Part shown: piece after piece, positions 1 to 13,899 of the stretch
How positions within the stretch are numbered: the stretch's first letter is position 1
How the letters are laid out: each line of letters opens with the position of its first letter
NCBI GenBank assembly: GCA_951406725.2
Contig: OX597836.1
Span: forward strand, 13,888,001 to 13,952,000
Length of the DNA stretch: 64,000 nucleotides
Direction of reading: 5' to 3'
From: Octopus vulgaris
Lineage: Eukaryota
The notes under the pieces: model-generated
Told to the model about the DNA's origin: nothing
The model's input: only the letters and a program-made list of their open reading frames with translations
Databases searched by the model: none
Position numbers and translations under genes: made by a program

Positions 1-261
1 ACACCAACATCGGTTGTCAAGCAACAGTGGGCGACAAACACAGACACACATACACACACACAAACACACACACACACACACATATATATATATGTATACG
101 ACGGGCTTTTTTCAGTTTTCTTCTACCAAATCCACTCACAAAACTTTGGTTGGCCTAAGGCTACAGTAGAAGACACTTGCCCAAGGTGCCACGCAGTGGG
201 ACTGAACCCAGAACCATGTGGCTGGTAAGCAAGCTACTTACCACACAGCCACTCATACGCC
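1..261 (-). mobile_element. tRNA-derived SINE family A (central microsatellite), cut by the window edge
   Basis: Reverse complement of the head GGCG.AGGAGTGGCTGTGTGGTAAG...GGTTCAGTCCCACTGCGTGGCACCTTGGGCAAG seen in more than 15 copies. Further partial copies at about 2108-2243(-), 11120-11300(+), 21150-21460(-), 22050-22172(+), 22851-23170(+), 31170-31390(+), 42970-43140(+), 58430-58583(-). Confidence 0.85.
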
Positions 262-1179
262 TATTGTTGCAAAAAAATATTTAAAAAAAACTTCAAAACT
301 CTGCAAAAAACTAGTACAAATTCTTCATGGTTCAAAAAGTTTACTTACTTTTTACTCAACCTGATACATAAATGTGTATGGGGGGTGAGGTGGGTTGTGT
401 CCTCCACTACTTGACTAAAAAAAAAATAATATAAAAGTACTGGGATCGATTCATTCGATTAAATGTTCTTCAATGCAGCGCCCCCAAATGGTCGCCGTCT
501 CATGACTGAAACAATGAAAATATAAAACTATTTTCAAGAACCACTGAGTTATCGAACTTTATTCAAGGGAGACAACTTCACATTATTATAGTTTTAATCT
601 GGAAACAACGCTTGTTCGACGTTTTCATTTCTGCATTACGTTATCTTTTTGCCTCAAATAACTCCATGTCAGGTGTTCATAAGCAACTATTTTCTCCTTT
701 CTTTTATTTTAGGGGTGTTCCAGGTTAGGTCTTTTGTTCATAAACTTCGATAAAGTTTCTATGCAGTGAGTGTGTGTATGTGACATAACGGGTTAACGAG
801 AACAGTGTCGCGTCGAGCAAAGCTTTTCACCGGGAAGAGCGAGGGGGAGATAGAACAGAAAGAGAGATGTAGGGGAAGGAGAGAGAGAGAATAAATGTGT
901 GAGGAAGAGAAAGAGAAAGAGAAACTGCAAGGATTAATTCATGGCAAAAATGTATTTCATTTCCATAATTAGCATTAAAAAACTACATCAATATTCTAAA
1001 TTTTAAAACAGAACAAAAGAACTGTGAGCGAAACAGAAAAGGTCCAGGGAATGTGTGTGTGAGAGAGAGAGGGAGAATGAATGCAAGATGTTAATACAGA
1101 GAAAGTGAGACGGGTAAAGAGATAGATAGATAGATAGAGAGAGGGGGGTAGAGGTAGATAGATTAACCGACAGACAGAT

Positions 1180-1214
<35 letters not shown>

Positions 1215-1219
1215 TAGAC

Positions 1220-1298
<79 letters not shown>

Positions 1299-2989
1299 CG
1301 GAGAGAGAAAGAGGAAGAGAAAGAGAAAGTAAATGAGTGAGAGAGAGAGAGACTGAATGAGAGGTATAGATAAATAATTTGACAGAGAGAGTGAGAGAGA
1401 GTGAGAGTGAGAGAACGAGAGATATTGATAGATAGAGAGAAAGACATATAGACAGACAAGCACAGTGAATGAGAGATATGGCCAGAGAGAGAGTGAGAGA
1501 GAGAAAGAAAGAGAGAGAGTGATCAATCTTACCATCTCTTTGTCTTTTTCAGTCCGCCTTAACGCATCTTTCAAGCGAACGAGTCATGCTAGAGTTCTCT
1601 CCCTTACTGAAAGTTTTATAAATTGACACCAGGAGTTTGAATTCCTATTGCTAACACACACCACACACACAAACACACACACACACACAATCCAGTGCCT
1701 TATGTATTCGGTTATTCTTCTAAGTTCACAAATATATTCTCTCGTTAAGTTACGTGAAGTCACAAGTTATGCGGTCGTGTGCTGTTTCTTTTATTTTTCA
1801 CTTGTTCCAGTCACATGACTACGGCCATGCCGGGACGCGTAATTTTTTTCCCACGAGAGTTCCGGACCCCAGTAATGAAGTCAATCAGAGCTCATCTTGA
1901 AAACCCACATACTATGTACTACAACTGTACAGCCAGTCAGGCATAGAATGGCGTATGTCACTCTGTGAGTACAGCATAGCAGGTTTCCCATAAGCACCAC
2001 ATTGCCCCCATCACACCATCCTTATTGATCAATTGAGCACCATCTCTACATGGAGCTAGCATTAGGTACCTATGCTCAGACTGAGATTAGTAATACTGCA
2101 TGTACCCATCTACCAAATCCGCTCACAAGGCTTTGGTCAGCCCGAGGCTATAGTAGAAGACACTTGCCCAAGGTGTCGCGCAGTGGGCCTGAACCCAGAA
2201 CCATGTGGCTGGTAAGCAAGCTACTTACCACACAGCCACTCCTTCTATTGATATTCATTGCTGAATTGCAAAGTTACGAGGATGTAAACAAATCATTACT
2301 GATTGTCACGTGGTGGAGATTCACACACACACACACACATTCAAGGTGGTGCCCCAGCATGGCCGCAGTCTAATAACTGGAACGAGTAAAAGATATATAC
2401 AGGGTTAGCCAAAAGTCACCTGACAGTAAATAAAAATTCCATAAATACTTAATATTCAATTATATTTATTCATTCCAATTATGAATGTTTGACAATTGAA
2501 TGCTTACCACACAGCCACTCCTACGCCTATTGTTGCAAAAATAACTTTAACTTTAAAACTCTACAAAAAATAACTTTTAACTTTAAAACTCTACAAAAAT
2601 CTGCTACAAATTCTTCATGGTTCAAAAAGGTTACATACTGAGATTAGTAATACATGCAAGGAGGGCCCAATACGACACAACGCCATATTGATTACGATGT
2701 TTCCAGATCAACAGCAACATTTTAAATTAGGAATATGCAAAATTAGTCAAAAAATATTAGGAAGCTACACTCATTTACATTTTCTAGTTAATTAGGCAAA
2801 TTGGCAATACTTATGGCATCATCGGTGAGCAGCTCTCCATTCACTTTATACACTAAATTTCACATTTGTCACCCCTATTAACCCGTTTAGAACAGGTTGG
2901 ATTTTCTTATAACGTACATTTGCTCCATAGGAAACGAAGGGCTTAAGTAGGTATACTAAACAACGCCTTACACTGTCATATAGTGCATA

Positions 2990-3600
2990 ATCCTTTCTAC
3001 TGTAGGCACAAGGCCTGAAATTTAGGGGAGGAGGATGGTCGATTACATTGATCCCAGTACATAGCTGGTACTCATTTTATTGATTCCGAAAGACTGAAAG
3101 GCAAAGTCATCTTCGGTGGAATTTATTTCTTTATTGCCCACAAGGGGCTAAACATAGAAGAGACAAACAAGGACAGACAAAGGGATTAAGTCGATTATAT
3201 CGACCCCAGTGTGTAACTGGTACTTGTTTAATCGACCCCAGAAGGATAAAAGGCAAAGTCGATCTCGCCGAAATTTGAACTCAGAACGTAACGGCAGACG
3301 AAATACGGCTACGCATTTCGCCCGGCATGCTAACGTTTCTGCCAGCTCACATCTTTAGTGTCGTTAATATTAAACAGTTTCGTAAGGCGGTGAGATGGCA
3401 GAATCGTTAGCACGCCGGGTAAAACCCTTAACGACATGTCTTTCAACTCATTGCGTTTTGAGTTCAAATTCCGCCAAGATCGAATTTGCCTGTCATCCTT
3501 TTTTGGGGTCGATAAATTAAGTACCAGTTACGCACTGGGGTCGATGTAATCGACTTACCCCTCCTCCAAGATTGCTGGCCTTGTGCCAAAATTTGAAACC
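2990..3600. mobile_element. Head-to-head pair of tRNA-derived SINE family B copies (about 2990-3349 -, 3386-3600 +)
   Basis: Head GGCGG.GAG.TGGCAGAA.CGTTAGCACGCCGGG, B-box GAGTTCAAATTCC, body GGGGTCGATAAATTAAGTACCAGTTACGCACTGGGGTCG, shared with many copies in the window. Confidence 0.8.
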
Positions 3601-4039
3601 GATATCAACTCCTCTTATAACGCAGTATTTTTCCCAGCCTGAGTCTCGGATGTTCTGCAAAGGTCAAGGTTGCTAACCTTTTATTTCTAAGTAACCCAAG
3701 AAGGGGGGAAAATCTCTTTTATTGAAGGGCTTTTTTTTTTTACCGGAATACTGCTTTTTTATTGTTTATTTTATTTCATTTTATATGTATTTATTTATTT
3801 ATTGGTCAATCGTTTATATTTTTCCCACGAAAATAACATGACAAGCACGCAGATTTTGTCAATAAAGTTACCAGAAACCTGATCTCATCTCATCTCCATC
3901 TCCATCTCTTTCTCTCTCTCCTCCACCCTCCCTCTTTGGCTCTTTCCTTCTCTCTTTCTCTCTGTTTCTCTCTATCTCTCTCTTTCACACACACGCACAC
4001 ACACACAGATGCACACGGACACATGTATATGTATGTATG

Positions 4040-4073
<34 letters not shown>

Positions 4074-4100
4074 TGTCTATCTCTATCTATCTATCTTCTT

Positions 4101-4177
<77 letters not shown>

Positions 4178-4178
<1 letters not shown>

Positions 4179-4403
4179 GGAGTAAACACATAAATGTGAA
4201 ACAAGGTGGAAAAAAGAGTACTCAAATACCAGTGGTAGAGTAATATGCTTTATTTTAAGCAGCAGAAAATTCAACAAAATCTGTTACTCTGAGTTCCTCG
4301 TTGCCGTTCATCAGACAGTTTTTGCTAGAAAAACTGTCTGATGAACGGCAACGAGAAACTCAGAGTAACAGATTTTGTTGAATTTTCTGCTGCTTAAAAT
4401 AAA

Positions 4404-4409
<6 letters not shown>
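4178..4409. repeat. Palindromic hammerhead-containing module in microsatellite (167-bp foldback 4243-4409 plus tail)
   Basis: Near-perfect inverted repeat centred on GCTAG (about 4326). A near-identical copy lies at 38648-38874. Confidence 0.9.
4334..4371 (+). ncRNA. Minimal type I hammerhead ribozyme motif
   Basis: ctgt-CTGATGA-a-cg-GCAA-cg-a-GAAA-ctcagag-TA-acag: stem I ctgt/acag, short stem II with GNRA loop, palindromic stem III ACTC(A)GAGT, GUA triplet. Confidence 0.7.
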
Positions 4410-4492
<83 letters not shown>

Positions 4493-4558
4493 AGTATGTA
4501 CGTACGTATGTATGTATGTATGTATGTATGTATGTATGCATGTATGTATATGTCTCTT

Positions 4559-4640
<82 letters not shown>

Positions 4641-5082
4641 TATGTATGCATGCATGTATGCATGTATGTATGTATGTATGTATGTATGTATGTATGTATG
4701 TGTGTGTGTATGTATGTATGTATGTATGTATGTATGTATGTATCATGTATGTATGTGTGTATGTATGTATGTATGTGTGTATGTATGTATGTATGTATGT
4801 ATGTATGTATGTATGTATGTATGCATGCATGTATGTATACAGAGTGTTACAAAGGAAGGTATACAGTTATGAAAAAAGAAAATATGTACAATACACATTT
4901 ATTTTTATTAAAAAAAAATAATAATAATAAAAATTACGATAAAAGTATTATGAATAATGACGCTGAAAATATCGAACATGAGGCTAATTTAATGTGTTAA
5001 TTATTTTAATTAATTAAGTATTATAACATCGATGTGATATTTACTGTATACCTACTTTTGCACTTCCCTGTATATTTATGTA

Positions 5083-5153
<71 letters not shown>

Positions 5154-5256
5154 TCGAAGCAAAGCAAACCCAAGCAAAAACGTCTAAAACTGGGTGATTA
5201 TCTTATAAGCTAAAGGTAGATAACTCTGCCTGCCTTCGTATCTTCACAATTACGGC

Positions 5257-5271
5257 GTTGCTAAGGGAAAC
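5257..5271. promoter_or_regulatory. RFX X-box (ciliary gene promoter element)
   Basis: GTTGCTAAGGGAAAC fits the X-box palindrome GTTGCY-N(2-3)-GGMAAC. Half sites TAGCAAC (5286) and GTTGCCATG (5564) are nearby. It lies about 1.1 kb upstream of a motile-cilia gene. Confidence 0.7.
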
Positions 5272-5517
5272 GATGTTGGAATAAATAGCAACAGGTGCGA
5301 CATAAAACAAAATAACAACGTTTTAATTTTTCTGTCTCCTTTGAAAATTGAAATCTGAGGAAAAAAAAAGAGAAAAGAAAAATCACAGAATCTCCGGTCA
5401 CATATTGCAAAAAAAAAAAAAAACCTTTACGGAATTTCACTGCCCAAATTGGTTAAAAGATTTAGAAAAACAACTAAATTCCTCGAAGCCGAAATAGAAA
5501 AGTTAGCATCGTTTAAA

Positions 5518-6385
5518 GTAAGTAAGCTTGCTATTTAAAGATAATATATGAAGTTAACAAACCGTTGCCATGTTCCGTTTACTTTTGCTGTTGGTTTATA
5601 AAGAAGAGAAAATTGGCCAAAACAAGTCGTTGTATCTTGGTTAAAAATAAATTTATTGACGCTAATATTTTGTTAAAAGCCTGATATTTGTTGCTGTTGC
5701 TGTCAGCTTGCTTAGTTAAAAAAACAGAAGCCACTCGGTTTTGTATTTATGATACAGCGAAACGATTGTCACTCGATATGAACTCACGGCCTAAGAATTA
5801 GTTGTGACACCTCGGTGGTTTAAGCAGTTTGTCGGTTTGTTTTGATCCTAACGCTGGGAGAAGATTCGAAAACCGTGACAAGAATGAAAGAAAGTATTCT
5901 AGTACCAAACTGACCAACGTATGCTTTATGATGTTAAGAGCGTAAAGTCCAGTTTTACAATATATTGATCAGAAATATGAAATGTCTGATGCCTTCGAGG
6001 TAAAAGTATCATCTCTCCAATAACCTATTTTTTTACTACCCACAAGGGGCTAAACACAGAGAGGACAATCAAGGACAGACAAACGGATTAAGTCGATTAC
6101 ATCGACCCCAGTGCGTAACTGGTACTTAATTTATCGACCCCGAAAGGATAAAAGGCAAAGTCGACCTCGGCGGAATTTGAACTCAGAACGTAACGGCAGA
6201 CGAAATACCGCTCAGCATTTTGCCCGGCGTGCTAACATTTCTGCCAGCTCGCCGCCTTAACTTGGTGCCTTGATAAATACATCATTCATATCCGGTTCGA
6301 ATTTTGAAGATAAATTTCGTTATTTTTATATGACTATATATATATGTATCAATAATTACTGCCTATGATATTATATTATATCTAG
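5518..6385 (+). other. Probable 5'-UTR intron of CFAP57
   Basis: Donor AAA|GTAAGT at 5518 (alternative GTAAGC at 5522). Acceptor ...attatatcTAG| at 6385, 4 nt before the ATG. Contains a SINE. Confidence 0.5.
6024..6257 (-). mobile_element. SINE family B, full-length
   Basis: Head ends ...GCCAGCTCGCCGCC at 6257; body and tail match the other copies. Confidence 0.85.
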
Positions 6386-6389
6386 AAAG

Positions 6390-9300
6390 ATGGTTATCGC
6401 GACAGCCTCTGTGAAGCATATTTTCGGCTTGAATTCGGATGTTGCTGGAAACCTATGTTACCAAGATGAACAAAAAGTTCTTTATACCTGTGGCTCATTC
6501 TACGTGGTGTATAATATCGACCAGAAATCGCAGAAATGTATCGTCGCATCAGAAACGGGTCTTGGAATCTCTTCTTTTGTCATCAGTTCCAACCGAAGAT
6601 ACATAGCCATTGCCGAAGTAGGGGATGACAAAGGACCTATTTTATCGATTCATGACATCCATGCTAACAGAAAAAGAAAAACTTTAATGGCTACTTCAAG
6701 CGATCAAATTGTCCAGGCCACGGAATATAAAAGCCTCGCTTTTTCACCTGATTCTAAATATCTCGCCGCTCATACGGGTGGTCCCGATTGGGTTTTACAA
6801 TACTGGGCATGGGAAAAATCAAAACTTTTGACCTTTATACGTACAGTTAACCCTCAATCCAAACCTATTATTTATCAAGTGTGTTTTAATCCACAAGATA
6901 ATACCCATATCGGCGTGATTGGCAACGGCGTATTGAGGAGTTTCCGCTACTCAGAAGGTAATCTGAAGCCGTTTAATTTCCCTAAAATCGAGTCCCAAAA
7001 TTTCACCTGTTTCACATGGATATCAGACGAACGTTTACTCGTCGGTACTGATAAAGGGAAGGTTCTCGTGATTGAATCGGGCGAGTCCAAAGCAGAATTC
7101 AACCCGCTCACTGACGCATTTTTAGAATCAAGATCTAAAGATTCCCAATCGAAAGAATTAGTTCGTTACATTACTAAAGACGAATTCAAAGACCAGTCAA
7201 CAGAGGTGTCGGCTATCGTGGCCTACTCAAAAGGGTTCGCTTGTGCATGTGGTGTGGGCACCGTTCATTTGTTCGAACGTTCAGAAGAAAAAGAACTTTA
7301 CAAAAAGACCCGAGAAGTGCTTATTCCTGTAGATAATAGTGTTACTTTACCTAACAGTAGTACCTACAAGCAAATAATAACATGTATGACGATCAGCCCA
7401 TCAGAAGAAACCTTAGTGGTTAGCAGTAACACCAACCAGATTTACAGCATCGCTTTATCATCAACTGATCTAAGGCCCGGGGGTCAGAGGTTACTGAATT
7501 TCGAGCTTCTAGCTCAAAGTTTCCACTCTAATGTTGTCACTGGTCTTGATATTTGTGCTCGCAAACCAATTGTCGTTACATCTTCACTCGATCGCAGCAT
7601 CCGTATTTGGAACTTCGAAACTTGCTCGCAGGAATTATTCAAGGAGTTTTCAGAAGAGATATGCAGCGTTGCCCTTCATCCATCTGGCCTGTATATCTTG
7701 GTGGGTTTCACAGATAAACTTAAACTCATGAATATTCTTATTGACGAAATCAAACAATTCCAGGAGTTTCCATGTAAGAACTGCCGCGAATGTGCTTTTA
7801 GCAATGGCGGACATCTTTTCGCGGCTGTCAACGGTAATGTAGTCCAGATTTATTCGACCGTGACATTTGAACTCATTATCAACCTTAAAGGTCACAATAA
7901 ACTAGTTAATTCCGTTGTTTGGAGCCCCGATGACAGCAAATTAGTTTCGTGCGGGGGAGACGGAGCTGTGTATGAATGGGAACCTCTTACAGGAAAACGA
8001 GTCGGTGAGAATATTCTGAAAACATGCGTCTATAGCACTGTGACAATATCGCCTGATGGTAAAACCGTCTACGCAGTCGGCAACGATAATAAATTAAAAG
8101 AAATAAGCGATTCGCAGGTTTTTCACCAAGTCGAAGCAGGCGACGTGACTTTGACCAGTGTCTCTCTTTCGCACACTGGTCGAATGCTGTTTGCCGGAAC
8201 CAGCAATGGTTGTTTATGGAGTCTGAAGTTTCCGCTTGGGTCGAGTGGAGAATGGCAAGAGTATAAAGGTCACAGGAGTAAAATAACGAGAATGAGGGTC
8301 ACTTTCGATGACCAATATCTTGTCAGTGTGTCGGAAGATTCCACTGTAATGGTTTGGCAAATCCAAGATAAAGACAGTCGTGGCATCAAGCGTGATAAGG
8401 ATTCTCTGCGATGTGTTTACGCGGACGAGATTCTTATAACAAAAAGTGATCTGGAAGAAAAAAATGCTATCATGTCAGAATTGAGAACCAGAGTTAACGA
8501 ACTGGGAATGGAAAATGAGTATCAACTAAGATTAAAAGACATGAATTACAATGAGAAAATCAAAGAACTCACCGATAAGTTCATTCAGGAAATGGAATCG
8601 CTGAAAACTAAAAACCAGGTTCTGAAAACTGAGCGAGATAAACAGGAAGCGAAACACGAAGAACAATTAACAGGAATTATGCAAAAACACGCCAAAGAGC
8701 TTCAAGATTTGGAGTCTGCAAATAACCAAAAATTAATGCTGGAATATGAAAAGTACCAAGAACTGCAAACCAAACTGATGAAAATGCAAGAGGAAAATGA
8801 ACACCGCTTGCAAGAAATGGACGAATCGAAGAAAAATGCTTTAAATGAAATGGAAGAAAAATTCGAAAGTAAACGTCTTGAAATGGTTTCGAAACTGCAT
8901 CAGTCCCAGGAGGAAAATCGCCGTAGACAGAAAGAGGAAGAACTCACGAGGAAAATGATGGAAGAAGATGCAGATATTGAAATCTTGAACATAAAAACAG
9001 ATTTGGAAAGGGAGTTGCGTCGGGAAAAGGATTCTAACGTAAAGTTGAAAAGCGAGAGCGGAATTCTGAAACAGAAGTTTTCCACGTTGCAGAAGGACAT
9101 CGATGAACACAAAGAAGCCAGTCGCAAATATCAAGACGAAATCAATAAGTTGAATACGGTTATTCGCAATTTAGAGAAAGACATTTTAGGTTTAAAAAAA
9201 GAGATCTTGGAGAGAGACGAAACTATACAGGACAAAGAGAAACGTATTTATGACCTGAAGAAGAAGAACCAGGAACTGGAAAAATTCAAATTCGTTCTTG

Positions 9301-10157
9301 ATTATAAGATAAAAGAATTGAAAAAGCAAATCGAACCTCGAGAGGACGAAATTAAACGAATGTGCTCCCAAATCCAAGAGATGGAGAGTGAATTGGAACA
9401 ATCTCGAAAGTCTAACATCAGTCTGGAGTTGAAGATAACCGACTTGAAACAGAAACACAACGCTACATCAAAAGCTCTCTATCAAAAGGGACAATTGGTG
9501 AAAGATACCGAAGCTCTGGTGATGCGTTTCAAAACGGATTTACATCGCTGCGTCATTTATATTCAGGAACCGAAGTGTCTTAAAGAAAGCATCAAGTGTT
9601 TGTACCGGAAATATGTACAGGACGACATCACGGAAACGGTCAGTGTGGACGCTGACATACAAAAGGAAGAACATCGCCAACGAGAGCATTTAAATCATAC
9701 GGTGACTTCTCTGAAGAGAAAACTTGTGACTGATTCCAGAATACACCGAAAGGAGAATGTCAAAATCATGCAAGAGAATGTGCATCTTATCAAAGACATA
9801 AACGATCTACAACTGGAACTCAAGTCGTGCCGCACCAATATACACGATCTTGAAGCGGCCCTCGGTATGCACAGCAAGTCGTTTAAGAGAAGCGCAAGCA
9901 TGAACGATTGGAGGAAGGACCCAGTCGAACTGCTGGCTGCCATGGCTAATAAATCTCCCAGCGCCATTCAGCACAGCGAATTGATGGAAAGCAAGCGGAT
10001 GCTGGAAATTCAAAGAGACGAGATCAAACGCTTGCGTCAAGAACTGGAGACACGGCCGCAGTCGTCGGGGACTCCGAAGTTGCCACCCGTCTTAAAGGCC
10101 AACGACGAAGATGAGGCAGTGATAAAGAGCGATAGTCCTCTCGGCCATAACAACTGA
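6390..10157 (+). CDS. CFAP57: Cilia- and flagella-associated protein 57 (WDR65), single coding exon
   Basis: 1255-aa ORF with N-terminal WD40 propellers (GLDICARKPIVVTSSLDRSIRIWN, FSNGGHLFAAVNGNVVQIY) and a long coiled coil carrying CFAP57 signatures (EILITKSDLEEK, ENEYQLRLKDMNYNEKIKEL, DKEKRIYDLKKKNQELEKFKFVLDYKIKELKKQIEPRE). Confidence 0.95.
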   Translation: MVIATASVKHIFGLNSDVAGNLCYQDEQKVLYTCGSFYVVYNIDQKSQKCIVASETGLGISSFVISSNRRYIAIAEVGDDKGPILSIHDIHANRKRKTLMATSSDQIVQATEYKSLAFSPDSKYLAAHTGGPDWVLQYWAWEKSKLLTFIRTVNPQSKPIIYQVCFNPQDNTHIGVIGNGVLRSFRYSEGNLKPFNFPKIESQNFTCFTWISDERLLVGTDKGKVLVIESGESKAEFNPLTDAFLESRSKDSQSKELVRYITKDEFKDQSTEVSAIVAYSKGFACACGVGTVHLFERSEEKELYKKTREVLIPVDNSVTLPNSSTYKQIITCMTISPSEETLVVSSNTNQIYSIALSSTDLRPGGQRLLNFELLAQSFHSNVVTGLDICARKPIVVTSSLDRSIRIWNFETCSQELFKEFSEEICSVALHPSGLYILVGFTDKLKLMNILIDEIKQFQEFPCKNCRECAFSNGGHLFAAVNGNVVQIYSTVTFELIINLKGHNKLVNSVVWSPDDSKLVSCGGDGAVYEWEPLTGKRVGENILKTCVYSTVTISPDGKTVYAVGNDNKLKEISDSQVFHQVEAGDVTLTSVSLSHTGRMLFAGTSNGCLWSLKFPLGSSGEWQEYKGHRSKITRMRVTFDDQYLVSVSEDSTVMVWQIQDKDSRGIKRDKDSLRCVYADEILITKSDLEEKNAIMSELRTRVNELGMENEYQLRLKDMNYNEKIKELTDKFIQEMESLKTKNQVLKTERDKQEAKHEEQLTGIMQKHAKELQDLESANNQKLMLEYEKYQELQTKLMKMQEENEHRLQEMDESKKNALNEMEEKFESKRLEMVSKLHQSQEENRRRQKEEELTRKMMEEDADIEILNIKTDLERELRREKDSNVKLKSESGILKQKFSTLQKDIDEHKEASRKYQDEINKLNTVIRNLEKDILGLKKEILERDETIQDKEKRIYDLKKKNQELEKFKFVLDYKIKELKKQIEPREDEIKRMCSQIQEMESELEQSRKSNISLELKITDLKQKHNATSKALYQKGQLVKDTEALVMRFKTDLHRCVIYIQEPKCLKESIKCLYRKYVQDDITETVSVDADIQKEEHRQREHLNHTVTSLKRKLVTDSRIHRKENVKIMQENVHLIKDINDLQLELKSCRTNIHDLEAALGMHSKSFKRSASMNDWRKDPVELLAAMANKSPSAIQHSELMESKRMLEIQRDEIKRLRQELETRPQSSGTPKLPPVLKANDEDEAVIKSDSPLGHNN

Positions 10158-10167
10158 CGCTTTAATT

Positions 10168-10168
10168 A

Positions 10169-10216
<48 letters not shown>

Positions 10217-10262
10217 GTGATGGTGATGGTGTTGATGATGATGGTGGTGATGATGGTGGTGG

Positions 10263-10306
<44 letters not shown>

Positions 10307-10399
10307 GTGGTGATGATGATGGTGGTGATGATGGTGATGATGATGATGATGGTGATGATAATGATGATGATGATGATGGTGATGATGGTATGGTGATGG

Positions 10400-10433
<34 letters not shown>

Positions 10434-10441
10434 AGTGAAGG

Positions 10442-10477
<36 letters not shown>

Positions 10478-10495
10478 CGATGATGATGATGATGG

Positions 10496-10536
<41 letters not shown>

Positions 10537-10586
10537 GTGATGATGATGGTGATGGTGATGGTGATGATGATGATGATGACGACGAC

Positions 10587-10634
<48 letters not shown>

Positions 10635-10652
10635 GGTGATGATGATGATGAT
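10168..10652. repeat. (GAT)n/(GGT)n microsatellite directly after the CFAP57 stop
   Basis: About 485 bp of trinucleotide repeat. A candidate AATAAA lies at 10963. Confidence 0.95.
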
Positions 10653-11069
10653 TTAAACACAAGCCAAGTAATTTTTTTTAGGGTGGGGGAGGTTATGGTT
10701 GATTACATTGATACCTGTGCTCAACTTGTGCTTTATTCATGGAACTCGAAAGGACGAAACGCAAACTCGACATCAGCGGAGTTTTAACGCAGAACGTAAA
10801 GAGCCGGGTGAAATGCCGCTAAGCGTTTCATATGCGATGCTCTACCGATTCTGTTACCTTCGCCGTCCTTAACAAGAACAATATGTATGCAAAAGCATAA
10901 CAAAAAAAACATTAATACAAACAACACAAATCCACTTCTAATCGTTTCATTTAAAATTATTCAATAAACACAATTTTTAAAATGGTTGGCTTGCTTTAAT
11001 TTTGTACGCGCACGCGCAGACACGTACTCACACATACATGGTATGCATGTATGTGTGTGTGTGTGTGTC

Positions 11070-11104
<35 letters not shown>

Positions 11105-11625
11105 GTGTATGTTTTTGTACCAACCCCATCGCTTGACAACGAATGCTGGTGTGTTTACGTCCCCGTGACCTAGCAATTCAGCAAAAAGGGGCCGATAGAA
11201 TATATACAAGGCTTACAGAGAATAAGCCCTGGGGTCGATTTGTTCGACTAAAGGCGGTGATCCAGCATGGCCGCAGTCAAATGACTGAAAGAAATAAAAG
11301 AAAAGAAAGGGTGTGCTGAAAAGTTCCTGGTTTTAAGGGTGTTGCAAAAGGCCTAACTGGAAGCCCAAACTTCCGAGTTCTTTTACAGGGCTTAGAAAAC
11401 CTAAGGGACCGCTACAATGAGTGAATCTGAGAGGGGAATATATTGAATAAAGGCCTAATTAATTAACTGATCCTCCTGTATTTACATTTATCCGACTATG
11501 CGCCCCACCCCCAAATGCAGGTTAATCAGATTTGAGTAGACTGCATTGGGTTTTATCCTTGTTTTAGGGCATTTTCCCACGGTAAAATATTGACACTACT
11601 TATGCATTATATGTAGCGTGTTTGT

Positions 11626-12008
11626 GGAGGCGCAATGGTCCAGTGGTTAGGGCAGCGGACTCGCGGTCATAGGATCGCGGTTTCGATTCCCAGACCGGGC
11701 GTTGTGAGTGTTTATTGAGCGAAAACACCTAAAGCTCCAAGAGGCTCCGGCAGGGGATGGTGGTGATCCCTGCTGTACTCTTTCACCACAACTTTCTCTC
11801 ACTCTTACTTCCTGTTTCTGTTGTACCTGTATTTCAAGGGGCCGGCCTTGTCACTCTCTGTGTCACGCTGAATATCCCTGAGAACTACGTTAAGGGTGCA
11901 CGTGTCTGTGGAGTGCTCAGCCACTTACACGTTAATTTCACGAGCAGGCTGTTCCGTTGATTCGGATCAACCGGAACCCTCGTCGTCGTAACCGACGGAG
12001 TGCTTCCA
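11626..12008 (+). mobile_element. tRNA-derived SINE family C, full-length with TSD
   Basis: A-box TGGTCCAGTGG, B-box GGTTTCGATTCC. TSD ATGTAGCGTGT at 11611 and 12008. Near-identical to 61517-61899. Confidence 0.9.
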
Positions 12009-12423
12009 TGTAGCGTGTAATATTTCATGAAAACCTTTTTGTCCAATTTAGCAGAGGAAATGAGAACATTAAAATTTTTTCGGCGCCCTCTTGATGCTTC
12101 ATGTTACCATCCCGCGCAACCACTGGGCCACGTGCGTGTGTGTCTGCGGCTGGGTAAAAGCACAACAAACCCATTCATCCATTCTCCTCCAAAAATGTCC
12201 TGTCGATGTCTCACGTTTCCAATCCTGTACAACGCAGCATTGCCCGGCAGCATGTGTGCTTTCTATGTCATCCATATGTGAACTATATGATGCAAAATGT
12301 TCATACAAAAAACAAACTGCTGGTGTGACTCACAGCCATTTGAGTTTGACCACTTGACCACTTCCAGAAGCTACGCTCAGCACCTGCTGTGTTCCCTCCC
12401 CCAATTAGTCGGACGTGTAAATA

Positions 12424-13899
<1,476 letters not shown>

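Noticed and set aside
996-5000. Many ORFs such as YVCM/HTYI/LSIY/poly-H/poly-T here and across the window
   Set aside because: Translations of (TATG)n, (TA)n, (CA)n, (TAGA)n and trinucleotide microsatellites; no coding signal.
7531-10040. Short ORFs overlapping CFAP57
   Set aside because: Shadow frames of the real CDS.
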